A DNA stretch of 64,000 nt, taken from Lachnospiraceae bacterium (GTDB taxonomy: Bacteria; Bacillota; Clostridia; Lachnospirales; Lachnospiraceae). The position numbers and the translations under genes were made by a program. The notes beneath the pieces were generated by a model. The model had not been told where the DNA came from. It searched no databases and saw only the letters and a program-made list of their open reading frames with translations. Positions 16,084 through 24,554 of the stretch are shown here, piece by piece. Location of the stretch: positions 8,192 to 72,191 of the forward strand of contig JAFZWG010000028.1 of the NCBI GenBank assembly GCA_017617395.1, in the 5' to 3' direction. How positions within the stretch are numbered: the stretch's first letter is position 1; each line of letters begins with the position of its first letter.

Positions 16084-17604
16084 ATGAAAGTTGCATTGAT
16101 CATTACCGTGCTGATCGCCATCGTCGCATTGATCGCCAATGTGGTGTTCATCGACCGGTGGAAGAGCGCGGCGCAGGCGGTCGGCAAGCGCGAGAAAGAG
16201 CTCGCGGAGACAGCCGGAAGCCTCAAAAAGACCGAGGCAGCGTACCGTGAGGCGGCGCAGATGCGCGACCGTCTGGCGAACGCGTGCGATGAATTGAAGA
16301 CGAGATACGAGAAAGCCAATCGTCTGGCCTACTACGACACCAACACCGATCTGCCCAACCGCCAGCAGCTCGCGGAGCTGTTCGCGGAGGAGATTTCGAA
16401 GAATATCGACGGCGAGGAGATCGGGCTTGCGATGTTTGAGTTCCGCGACGAGGATGCGAGTGCGGTGACTTTGCTCGGTCGCAACAACGCGGAGATGCGC
16501 CAGGAGGTTGTGCAGAGACTGCGCAGTTCGATGAACGAGGAGGACGATTCGCTCGTGAGCCTCTCGGAGGATGCATTTGCCGTATTGACGCGCCGCGTGG
16601 TGCACCGCAAGGATTATGTCGGCAAGATCGACAAGCTCTTTAAGCTTCTGTCGCTTCCGATGATGAACAACGGCGCGGAGGTGTTCCCGACCGTGTACGG
16701 TGCGGTTGTGATCGCGCCCGAGCACGGCACGACGATGCAGCTTCTGGACATGAATCTGGGAATTGCGATGGAGGAGGCGATGACCGGGACGGGCAGCGCG
16801 TATTGCTTCTACAGTCAGGAGATGGCCGCGAAAGCGATGAACCGGATGGCGCACCAGGCGATGGTGACGGAGGCGGTTCGCGCGAGGCTTTTAGAGTACC
16901 CGGTGACGCCGCGGGTTCGTCTCTCGGCGGGGCGTGCGGAGCAGATGGTCATCACGCCGATGCTGCAGACTCCGGAGGGACGTCTGGTCGGCGAGGATTT
17001 TATGAAGGAGATCGACGACAGCGGACTCGCCATGCTTGTGTACGAGGCGATGCTTCACCATGCGTGCGAGGAGCTTCGCAGATATCAGGAGATGGGCGTC
17101 TCCGACGTGCGGTGCGTGATCCCGGTGACGGACCGGATGTTCGCCAACCGCGAGTTTATCAAGACGACGTACGATGTTTTGCAGACGCTGGAGCTGGACC
17201 TTCGCAAGGTGATCTTCGAGGTGTCGGAGAAGGCCGTGATGAAGAGCGTGGCGGATGCGGCGGACCGCATGCGCAAGCTCGCCAACTTCGGGGTTCGCTT
17301 CGTTTTAGAGACGACGGGACTGCCGCGCATCCCTACGGGAGAACTGCAGCGGCTGCCGTTTGACGCATGGCTTTTGACCGCGTGGGCGCCGGAGGGCTGC
17401 ACCGCCGAGGAGGCGACGGAGATCCTCTCGGTAGTTTCGATGACGGCGCATCGCATGGAGGCCGATGTGATTCTGCCCGATGTGCACGCCGAGGAAACGG
17501 CTGCCCTGGCGGCGAACTGCGGCATCGATCTGGCGCAGGGCGGGTTGTTCGGCGACGCCATGAGCGGCGAGCTCGCGGGACGGCTTTTGACAGCGATGAA
17601 ATAA
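16084..17604 (+). CDS. membrane-anchored protein with degenerate GGDEF-like and EAL-like domains
   Basis: The track ORF 15664-17604 reads through the tRNAs. The real start is probably the ATG at 16084 (SD GAGGGGG), giving MKVALIITVLIAIVALI (TM) and a coiled coil. The DLPNR...SEDAF domain has GGDEF replaced. The EAL-fold region lacks the EAL, DDFG and EGVE motifs. Confidence 0.6.
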   Translation: MKVALIITVLIAIVALIANVVFIDRWKSAAQAVGKREKELAETAGSLKKTEAAYREAAQMRDRLANACDELKTRYEKANRLAYYDTNTDLPNRQQLAELFAEEISKNIDGEEIGLAMFEFRDEDASAVTLLGRNNAEMRQEVVQRLRSSMNEEDDSLVSLSEDAFAVLTRRVVHRKDYVGKIDKLFKLLSLPMMNNGAEVFPTVYGAVVIAPEHGTTMQLLDMNLGIAMEEAMTGTGSAYCFYSQEMAAKAMNRMAHQAMVTEAVRARLLEYPVTPRVRLSAGRAEQMVITPMLQTPEGRLVGEDFMKEIDDSGLAMLVYEAMLHHACEELRRYQEMGVSDVRCVIPVTDRMFANREFIKTTYDVLQTLELDLRKVIFEVSEKAVMKSVADAADRMRKLANFGVRFVLETTGLPRIPTGELQRLPFDAWLLTAWAPEGCTAEEATEILSVVSMTAHRMEADVILPDVHAEETAALAANCGIDLAQGGLFGDAMSGELAGRLLTAMK

Positions 17605-17729
17605 GATACCCGGGATTTGTGAAAATGCGACAAAACGAGGCATTGCTTCGGCGAGATCACCACGCAAAAACCGGTCAAATTGCATAAAAAACACCCGCCG
17701 GATTCTCCGTGGGAGAGCCCCGAAATTGC

Positions 17730-17758
17730 TTGCAACGGGGCTGTGGGTCATGTACAAT
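17730..17758 (+). promoter_or_regulatory. promoter-like TTGCAA-17nt-TACAAT
   Basis: TTGCAA at 17730-17735, a 17-nt spacer and TACAAT at 17753-17758. It directly abuts a terminator-type hairpin. Confidence 0.4.
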
Positions 17759-17792
17759 AGAGTTGTCGGAAATCACCGACAACTCTTTTTTT
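17759..17792 (+). terminator. intrinsic terminator-type hairpin
   Basis: Perfect 11-bp stem AGAGTTGTCGG / CCGACAACTCT with loop AAATCA, followed by TTTTTTT. Confidence 0.7.
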
Positions 17793-17909
17793 CTGTTTTC
17801 AGATTGCGGGAGGCATGGGCTTTCCCCGCGGATTATCATTATCACTGTGTGCACATGGCGAACCATCGAAAAATGAAAGGACCCGAGGACTGTCGGGGGT
17901 GTATTTGCC

Positions 17910-18902
17910 ATGAAAGAATTTCAGGATTTTTGCCGGGAAATCGCCGAGCAGGCGAAGGAACTGCTGGGGGAGGGTTATGAAACTGTGCTCAAGAGCGTTC
18001 AGAAGAACAACAACGTGACGATGGAGGGACTTTTGATCCGCTACCGCGACGCGAACGTAGTGCCGACGATCTACCTTGACCCGTTCTATGAGCAATATCT
18101 CGAGGGAAGAACGATGGAGCACGTCGTCGAGGATGTTGTCGAGATGTACAAAAACAACCGGCTGCCGTGGAAGCAGGAGCCGTCGATGCGATACGCGGAC
18201 ATCAAGGACCGCATTCAGTTTAAACTGATGAATCTGCCCCTGAACCGGGACATGCTCTCGAACATGCCGCACGTCGAAATCGGGGATCTGGCGGTCGGCT
18301 TTCAATGGACGGTCGACACGGATGACCGGCGCGTGGGCACGGTGCGCATCACGGACGATCAGGCTGCGACCTGGGGAGTGACGACGGAGGAGCTCACGGA
18401 GCTTGCGCTTCGAAATTCCGCGAGGGACCTTCCTCCGGTTCTTCGGAGCATCGAGGACGTGCTTTTGGATATCTTAAATGCTTCGGAGACCGCAGGCGAA
18501 GACACCGCGAGCGCGGCGGAGCGGAAGAGCTCGGAGGAGGCGAGAGAGCGCTTCCGAGAGGGGCTTGAGAGGGATGCCAAGAGGCGGGATTTTCCGATGT
18601 ATGTGCTCTCCAACAGCGATGCGAACGGCGGGGCAGCAGCGCTTTTGGAGCTTCCGTTTCTCAATGAGTTCCGGGACAGCATCGGGGATGATTTCTGGAT
18701 CCTGCCGTCGAGCATTCACGAGGTGATCCTTGTGCCGGTGTCGAAGATTCCGGACCGCGAGCGCCTGACGGACATGGTGAGGGAGATCAACCGCACGCAG
18801 GTGCCGAAGCAGGAGTTTCTCTCCGACATGGTGTACCGCTTCAGCGAGTTTGAATCGCTGATGCCTGCGGAGTTTCGCGACAAGCTGATGGCGGCGGGGT
18901 AG
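17910..18902 (+). CDS. DUF5688-like protein (unknown function)
   Basis: 330-aa ORF. Its N-terminus (F..F...I.......Y...L..V.KNNNV..EGLLIRY.D.NVVPTIYLDPFYEQY) resembles the Firmicutes DUF5688 family as I remember it. Confidence 0.5.
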   Translation: MKEFQDFCREIAEQAKELLGEGYETVLKSVQKNNNVTMEGLLIRYRDANVVPTIYLDPFYEQYLEGRTMEHVVEDVVEMYKNNRLPWKQEPSMRYADIKDRIQFKLMNLPLNRDMLSNMPHVEIGDLAVGFQWTVDTDDRRVGTVRITDDQAATWGVTTEELTELALRNSARDLPPVLRSIEDVLLDILNASETAGEDTASAAERKSSEEARERFREGLERDAKRRDFPMYVLSNSDANGGAAALLELPFLNEFRDSIGDDFWILPSSIHEVILVPVSKIPDRERLTDMVREINRTQVPKQEFLSDMVYRFSEFESLMPAEFRDKLMAAG

Positions 18903-18932
18903 AAGTGCGATTGCTGCCAAAAAACGAAAAAT

Positions 18933-18965
18933 GCGGGACACACGATACGGTGTGTCCCGCTTTGT
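18933..18965. terminator. bidirectional terminator hairpin
   Basis: GCGGGACACAC / GTGTGTCCCGC stem, T-rich on both strands. It lies between the DUF5688-like gene and the 3' end of tRNA-Arg. Confidence 0.7.
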
Positions 18966-19038
18966 TGCGCCTGAAGGGATTCGAACCCCCGACCATTGGC
19001 TTCGGAAGCCACTACTCTATCCACTGAGCTACAAGCGC
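18966..19038 (-). tRNA. tRNA-Arg (anticodon CCG)
   Basis: Reverse-complement cloverleaf. Acceptor GCGCTTG/CAGGCGC, D arm GCTC-AGTGGATA-GAGT, anticodon loop TTCCGAA, T arm GGGGG-TTCGAAT-CCCTT, discriminator A. Confidence 0.9.
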
Positions 19039-19082
19039 CGACAACCGACACTATAGCACAATTTCGGCGTAAAGTAAAGACT

Positions 19083-19793
19083 TCAATTCGAAGGTTCGTA
19101 GAGTTCTACTTCGGATTTCTCGCTGATGTCGATCGACTCGCCGTAGATGACATGGCGGATGCGGCAGCCGTCGCCGATGCGGACGTTGCGTCCGATCACG
19201 GTGTCGGCCACGACATTGAAAAGCGTGATGTCATCGCCCTCGATGCTGTTCTTGACGGTGAAGATGTTGCCCGCGCTTTTGAACAGGCGGGAGATCAGCC
19301 CGCGGATCGCGCCGTCGCGGATCAGGATGACGCTGCCGCCGATGGCGTCGGCGTAGCAGTCACCGCCCATGTCGACGTCGACATTTTCCGCATTGATCAG
19401 GCCTTCGCAGCGGATGGCGCCGCGGATGGTAATCTTCTCCGCGGAGACGTCACCGGACGCCTTGAGCGCACCGCTCGATTCGAGCTCACCGCAGCGAAGC
19501 GACAAAACATGTGCCGCGCCGCTTACGTGCATCTTCTGATCCACGGTTGCGGGACCGTCGATGTGTGTGCTTCCGCTGACATGGACCTCCGCAGCGTGCA
19601 GGGCGCCGTCTATTTTGCCCGAACCGGACACGTGGACTTTGCCGTGGCAGTTAACCTCGCCGTAAACGTGACCGGAGCCCGAGATGGTCAGCCCCGTGCA
19701 GCTGATGCTGCCCTTGATGCTGCCGCTTCCGCTGATGCGGATGTCTTCGCCGTAATCGCCGCCCGGAAGACTGCCGGAACCGGAAATATTCAT
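19083..19793 (-). CDS. polymer-forming cytoskeletal (bactofilin-like, YhbE/YhbF-type) protein
   Basis: 236-aa ORF made of repeated beta-helix-type units (ISGSGS.KG, VSGSGKIDG, VSGSTHIDG...). It sits directly downstream of a YhbD-like gene, as in B. subtilis yhbDEF. Confidence 0.75.
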   Translation of the reverse strand: MNISGSGSLPGGDYGEDIRISGSGSIKGSISCTGLTISGSGHVYGEVNCHGKVHVSGSGKIDGALHAAEVHVSGSTHIDGPATVDQKMHVSGAAHVLSLRCGELESSGALKASGDVSAEKITIRGAIRCEGLINAENVDVDMGGDCYADAIGGSVILIRDGAIRGLISRLFKSAGNIFTVKNSIEGDDITLFNVVADTVIGRNVRIGDGCRIRHVIYGESIDISEKSEVELYEPSN

Positions 19794-20194
19794 ACTTGTG
19801 TTCCTCCCCTTAATAAGTTGATGATGTGTTTTGTGATGTCCGTCTGAACTCCGTTTTGATCGGTCATGCGGACAGTCCGAATCTCCGAGAGCCGGAGAGT
19901 GTGACTGCCGTAGGCGGTCTCGACGGTCATGGACGGTTCGGTCTGACTCTCCCCCGAAAGCCGCGCCGCAAGTTCGTCCAGAAGAACGTCATCCTTCGCG
20001 GAAAGGATCAACTCCATCCGCTCGCAGATCAGCTCCTCCGGAAAATACGTCTCCTGACCCGTCACGGTCGCCTTCCGCAGAAACCATTCGTCGGGAATCA
20101 ACCCTTTCCGTTTCCATCGGTACAGCGAACCGTATGAAATGTTATACCGTTCCAGGAGCGCTTTTTTGGAAATCAGTTTTTGTTCCGAATCCAA
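19790..20194 (-). CDS. YhbD-like DUF4004 protein with MerR-type HTH
   Basis: 134-aa ORF. LISKKALLERYNISYGSLYRWKRKGLIPDEWFLRKATVTGQETYFPEE closely matches the B. subtilis YhbD N-terminus. It has a strong SD (GGGAGGTGG) and a 4-nt overlap with the downstream gene. Confidence 0.7.
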   Translation of the reverse strand: MDSEQKLISKKALLERYNISYGSLYRWKRKGLIPDEWFLRKATVTGQETYFPEELICERMELILSAKDDVLLDELAARLSGESQTEPSMTVETAYGSHTLRLSEIRTVRMTDQNGVQTDITKHIINLLRGGTQV

Positions 20195-20249
20195 AGAACC
20201 ACCTCCCTTGTAGGTCGTGCTTGATTGAATACTCTGCCGTGCACGCAGT

Positions 20250-20262
20250 GTAACACTGTTAC
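20250..20262. promoter_or_regulatory. operator-like palindrome GTAACAcTGTTAC (copy 1)
   Basis: Perfect 6-1-6 palindrome located at the predicted transcription start of the minus-strand promoter. Confidence 0.55.
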
Positions 20263-20268
20263 GACGTC

Positions 20269-20297
20269 ATTATAGCGTAACACTGTTACACTGTCAA
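20269..20297 (-). promoter_or_regulatory. consensus sigma-A promoter TTGACA-17nt-TATAAT for the yhbD-like operon
   Basis: On the minus strand, TTGACA lies at 20297-20292 and TATAAT at 20274-20269, with an exact 17-nt spacer that contains palindrome copy 2. Confidence 0.7.
20277..20289. promoter_or_regulatory. operator-like palindrome GTAACAcTGTTAC (copy 2)
   Basis: Identical 13-mer 27 bp from copy 1, inside the -35/-10 spacer. An extra GTTACAC half-site lies at 20305-20311. Confidence 0.55.
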
Positions 20298-20437
20298 GGG
20301 GGCCGTTACACTTTTTTTCATTTTTCGAAAAATGTCTCATAAATCTGAGTTCCCGGTTCGTATCTATGGCATAAAACGAAATTCTCCGGGACGGGAGAGG
20401 AGCATGGTACGGGTTCCGGGGAGACAGGGGGACAGTT

Positions 20438-21697
20438 ATGATACGAAAAATGATGAAAAGACATTCCCTGGTGACAAAGCTGACTGCGCTGCTTCTGGCG
20501 GTTGTCATGATGGCGGTCTGTTCGGGCTGCAGTCACCTGGCCGGCGCGGAGGCGCTTGCGGAGGCGGAGGAGATCAAGGGAAAGCATGAGGCTCCGGACG
20601 GCAGCGATTTTGCCGAAGGATATGTGCCGTATGCGCTTGAGCTTCTGCGGAAGGTGCGCGAAACAACCGGAGGCTCGACGGTGATCTCGCCGCTCTCGGT
20701 GATGTACGCGGTCGGAATGGCGGAGAACGGCGCCGGGGGTGAGACGCTCGCGGAGTTTGAGAAGCTGTTCGGGATGAAGCGTGAGGACATGAACGAGTTT
20801 CTCTCGCAGATGATCGCGTGGTCGCAGGGCGAGAAGTACCTGACCGTGTCCAATTCGGTCTGGATCAAGGATGACTACGCCGAGAATGTGCGAAAGGAAT
20901 TCCTGGATCTCTGCGCGAAAAAGTATTATGCGTCGGTTTTGAAGGCGCCGTTCGATGACTCGACGATCCGCGATGTCAACACGTGGATCAGCGATCACAC
21001 GGACAAGATGATTCTGAACATGCTCGACAGGCTCGATGCGGATTCGGTGATGCTCCTGGTGAATGCCATTCTGTTCGACCAGAAGTGGGAGAAGCCGTTC
21101 GATAAGGATGCCACGCTCAAGGATGAGTCATTTTTCGACAAGGACGGAAACAAACTCCGCGCCGTGAATCTCATGGTCGGAAGCGCGGGAGGGTCGTATT
21201 ACCGCGACGAGCTCTGCACGGTTGTCGACAAGTATTATGAGGATGGATTGTTCTCGATGCGCATCCTCGTTCCGGAGCAGGGAGTCGGCGTCGATGAGCT
21301 GATGGCGGCGCTCACGCCCGAGTACTGGAACAAGATCGGCAACTACGAAAACCGCAACCGCGCCAAAGTGACGCTGCAGCTTCCTTCGTTCACTTCGGAG
21401 ACGAAGTGCGAGGCGCTGCCGGTCCTGCAGAAAATGGGCGTAAATCTTCCGTTTACTCCCGCAGCTGATTTTTCGGGAATTACCGATCCGTCGGACCTGT
21501 TTATCAGCCGGATCATTCATCAGGCGAAGATCGAGGTCTCGGAGGAAGGAACCAAGGCAGCGGCGGCAACCATCGTGGAGATGACCAAGGCGGCGGCTCC
21601 GATGGAGGAAGAGCATATCATCGTGCGTGCGGACCATCCGTTCGTGTACACGATCGATTACTGCGGAATTCCGGTTTTCTTGGGAACGTTCGAGTAA
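20438..21697 (+). CDS. serpin family protein, lipoprotein (serpin 1)
   Basis: 419-aa ORF with a signal peptide ending in SGC. Serpin core motifs are present: ISPLSV, NAILFDQKWEKPF, hinge EEGTKAAAAT, C-terminal DHPFVYTI...PVFLGTFE. Confidence 0.9.
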   Translation: MIRKMMKRHSLVTKLTALLLAVVMMAVCSGCSHLAGAEALAEAEEIKGKHEAPDGSDFAEGYVPYALELLRKVRETTGGSTVISPLSVMYAVGMAENGAGGETLAEFEKLFGMKREDMNEFLSQMIAWSQGEKYLTVSNSVWIKDDYAENVRKEFLDLCAKKYYASVLKAPFDDSTIRDVNTWISDHTDKMILNMLDRLDADSVMLLVNAILFDQKWEKPFDKDATLKDESFFDKDGNKLRAVNLMVGSAGGSYYRDELCTVVDKYYEDGLFSMRILVPEQGVGVDELMAALTPEYWNKIGNYENRNRAKVTLQLPSFTSETKCEALPVLQKMGVNLPFTPAADFSGITDPSDLFISRIIHQAKIEVSEEGTKAAAATIVEMTKAAAPMEEEHIIVRADHPFVYTIDYCGIPVFLGTFE

Positions 21698-21742
21698 ATT
21701 CCCTGTGCGGGGAGGAAGATTGATTTCAAAGGGAGGATGAAA

Positions 21743-23143
21743 ATGAGAAGATCAGGACCAATCGGCAGGGGCCTAAGGCGGTGCACGGCAGTACTTCTGG
21801 CTCTTGCGATGACGGTGATGCTCGCCGCATGTGCCGGGAATCCGAAGGATGACGCCCCGGCGAAGGAATCGACGACCACGGTGTCGCCGGTGCCTACGGA
21901 GAAGCAGGAGAACGCAGTTCCGACGCCGGGAACCGACGAGCGGGAGCAGAAGGAAAACGGAAAAACTCCGGACGACAACGGACAGGGGTCGGGCGTCACC
22001 GAGAAGCTGACGGCCGGATCGAACGCAGCGCCCGAGAAAAAGGCCATGGACGAGACGATGCGCGAGGCGTACGCAAACTTTTCGTACCGACTGTTCAAGG
22101 CTTGTGCGCAGGGGGAGAGCGGGAATTGCGTGATTTCTCCGTTTTCCGTGTACACGGCGCTCGCGATGCTCGCAAACGGCGCAAAGGGCAACACCGCCAC
22201 GCAGATGGACAGCGTTCTGGGGCTGACGCCGGAGACGAGAAACCGCTATCTCGCGGGGTGGATCAGCTCGCTCACGGGCCAAAAGGACGTCTCGTTTACG
22301 TGCGCGGACTCGGTGTGGATTTCGAAGTTGTTCCGCACGGCGGTGCCGGATCCGTTCCTTGCGACCTGCGCGGACTACTATATGGCCGAGGTGTATGCGG
22401 CGGAGATGAACGACGGGACGGTCGACGACGTCAATGCGTGGGTGAACAAAAACACGAAGGGAATGATCGAAAAGATCATCGACAAGGGCGATCTGGCCCC
22501 CGATACCTCCGTGATTTTGATGAACGCGATCACGCTGGACGCCGCGTGGGAGATTCCGTTCCTGCAGGAAAATACACTGACTGCCGCCGATTTTACGAAG
22601 GAGGACGGGACGACCGCGAAGGTTGATCTGCTCCGCGGCGAGGCCGACCGGTGCTACCTGGAAAATGACACGTTCATCGGCTGCACGAAGTCCTACAAGG
22701 GCGGCAAATACCGCTTCGTGGCGCTCCTTCCGAAGGAGGGAATCACGCTTGATGCGGCGGTGGCGGCGCTCGACGGCAAGACCGTGGACGGGCTTTTTGC
22801 CGGTGCGGCAGCGGACGAGGTGAACCTCTTGATCCCGAAGATCAACGACGCGTACGGCAAGGACCTCTGCGATGTGCTCTCAGAGCTCGGAATGCCCGAT
22901 GCCTTCGGCGCAACGGCCGATTTTACGGGGCTGATCACAACCGGCGAAAGCTACGTCGACAGTGTGGTTCACAAGACATTCTTAAGCCTTGACAACCAGG
23001 GGACGCGGGCGGCAGCCGTGACGTATATCTCGGTGCGCACACTTTCCATCTCCAGGTTGCACACGATCCGTCTGGACCGGCCGTTTATCTACATGATCGT
23101 GGACGAGAACAACCTGCCGGTGTTCATCGGCACATTTCAGTAA
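21743..23143 (+). CDS. serpin family protein, lipoprotein (serpin 2)
   Basis: The ORF starts at 21737, but the ATG at 21743 has better SD spacing (AGGGAGG). Features are lipobox LAAC, a low-complexity linker, ISPFSVYTALAML, hinge NQGTRAAAVT and DRPFIYMI...PVFIGTFQ. Confidence 0.9.
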   Translation: MRRSGPIGRGLRRCTAVLLALAMTVMLAACAGNPKDDAPAKESTTTVSPVPTEKQENAVPTPGTDEREQKENGKTPDDNGQGSGVTEKLTAGSNAAPEKKAMDETMREAYANFSYRLFKACAQGESGNCVISPFSVYTALAMLANGAKGNTATQMDSVLGLTPETRNRYLAGWISSLTGQKDVSFTCADSVWISKLFRTAVPDPFLATCADYYMAEVYAAEMNDGTVDDVNAWVNKNTKGMIEKIIDKGDLAPDTSVILMNAITLDAAWEIPFLQENTLTAADFTKEDGTTAKVDLLRGEADRCYLENDTFIGCTKSYKGGKYRFVALLPKEGITLDAAVAALDGKTVDGLFAGAAADEVNLLIPKINDAYGKDLCDVLSELGMPDAFGATADFTGLITTGESYVDSVVHKTFLSLDNQGTRAAAVTYISVRTLSISRLHTIRLDRPFIYMIVDENNLPVFIGTFQ

Positions 23144-23192
23144 TGTTTGAGGAAAACCGGCCCCCGGCCGGAGCGAAGAAAGGAAGATAACA

Positions 23193-24524
23193 ATGAGAAG
23201 AACAGGAAAGCGAATACTCGCATTGATCATGACCCTGGTGATGATCCTCGGCTGCACCGCATGCGGTGACAAGGGCGGTGAGAGAAGAAAGAGTTCGTCG
23301 GGAACGGCGACGGCGACGCCGACGCCGACGCAGGCGGCGAAAAAGGAAGATCCCGGGTTTACGCCGAGCAGCGGAACGAAGGAACTCACGGGCACGTCCG
23401 GAGGAGCGCCGGTTACGAAGGCGATGGACGAGAAGATGAAGGCCGCGTACGAGCAGTTTGCGTATGAGCTCTTCAAGCAGATGAATAAGGGCGAAACAAG
23501 AATGATCTCGCCGTTTTCCGTCTATGTGGCGCTCGCGATGCTTGCGAACGGCGCGGACGGCAACACGCTGGCGCAGATGAACAACGTGCTGGGGCTTACG
23601 AACGAGGAGAGAAACGCGTATCTCGCGGCATGGGTCGATCAGCTGACGAAGCTGACCGAGGGCGCGACCTTTACGAACGCGAACTCGCTGTGGATCCGCA
23701 ACGATGTCTGCTCGCATGTCCCGCAGGGCTTCCTGACAACGTGCCTTGATTACTACCGCGCGGCGGTATTCTCGGCAACGATGGAGCAGGAGACGGTGAC
23801 GGACCTCAACAATTGGGTGAACAAAAACACGAAGGGGATGATTCCGACGATTCTCGACCAGCTGACGAACAAGCCGGCGATGATCCTGATGAACGCGATC
23901 ACCTTAGACGCCAAATGGGCGGACCCGTTCAAGACGGACTACATCGTGAAGAACAGCGATTTCAAGCTTGCGAACGGCACGACCCGCAAGGTTGATATGA
24001 TGCACGGCGAAGCGGACGGAAGATATCTTGAGAACGACCTTGCCTCCGGCTTTGTGAAGAGCTATCTCGGCGGCGAGTATTCGTATGTCGCACTCCTTCC
24101 GAAGGAGGGCGTGACCATTGAGCAGCTTGTGGATTCTCTGGGGGTTGGAACACTTGATAAGTTATATGCAAACGCAAAGCACGGCGATGTCATCATCTCG
24201 ATGCCGAAGTACACGCAGGAGTACACGGTGAAGCTGCCGGATGCTCTGAAGAGCCTAGGCATGACGGATGTGTTTGATCAGGATCTCTCGAACCTGCGGA
24301 AGCTGATTGACGACCACGATACGTACGTAAGCGACGTGATCCACAAGACGTACATCAGCGTGGACAACGACGGCACGAAGGCGGCGGCCGTCACGGCGAT
24401 CCTCGTAAACGACGCGACCTGCATCATGAACAACGATACGTACTATGTGAATCTCGACCGCGCGTTCGTCTACATGATCGTGGACAGCAACGGACTTCCG
24501 GTATTCCTGGGAACGTACGAGTAA
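23193..24524 (+). CDS. serpin family protein, lipoprotein (serpin 3)
   Basis: 443-aa ORF with a lipobox (LGC/TAC) and a linker. Motifs are ISPFSVYVALAML, hinge NDGTKAAAVT and DRAFVYMI...PVFLGTYE. It is a clear paralogue of serpin 2. Confidence 0.9.
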   Translation: MRRTGKRILALIMTLVMILGCTACGDKGGERRKSSSGTATATPTPTQAAKKEDPGFTPSSGTKELTGTSGGAPVTKAMDEKMKAAYEQFAYELFKQMNKGETRMISPFSVYVALAMLANGADGNTLAQMNNVLGLTNEERNAYLAAWVDQLTKLTEGATFTNANSLWIRNDVCSHVPQGFLTTCLDYYRAAVFSATMEQETVTDLNNWVNKNTKGMIPTILDQLTNKPAMILMNAITLDAKWADPFKTDYIVKNSDFKLANGTTRKVDMMHGEADGRYLENDLASGFVKSYLGGEYSYVALLPKEGVTIEQLVDSLGVGTLDKLYANAKHGDVIISMPKYTQEYTVKLPDALKSLGMTDVFDQDLSNLRKLIDDHDTYVSDVIHKTYISVDNDGTKAAAVTAILVNDATCIMNNDTYYVNLDRAFVYMIVDSNGLPVFLGTYE

Positions 24525-24554
24525 GCACGCAGACAACGGAAAATGCAGTATCCG

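Noticed and set aside
15648-19038. A possible tRNA-flanked genomic islet (tRNA cluster ... tRNA-Arg) containing a DUF5688-like gene, plus the TraX gene at 9938, as remnants of a conjugative element.
   Set aside because: There is no integrase, relaxase, T4SS or plasmid gene. There are no direct repeats of tRNA 3' ends, and composition is similar to the flanks.
18996-19847. A 283-aa plus-strand ORF rich in D/A/V, opposite the bactofilin-like gene.
   Set aside because: It starts inside tRNA-Arg. It is the mirror image of the repetitive minus-strand gene, which has the YhbE/F-type repeat pattern, an overlap-coupled upstream partner and a promoter.
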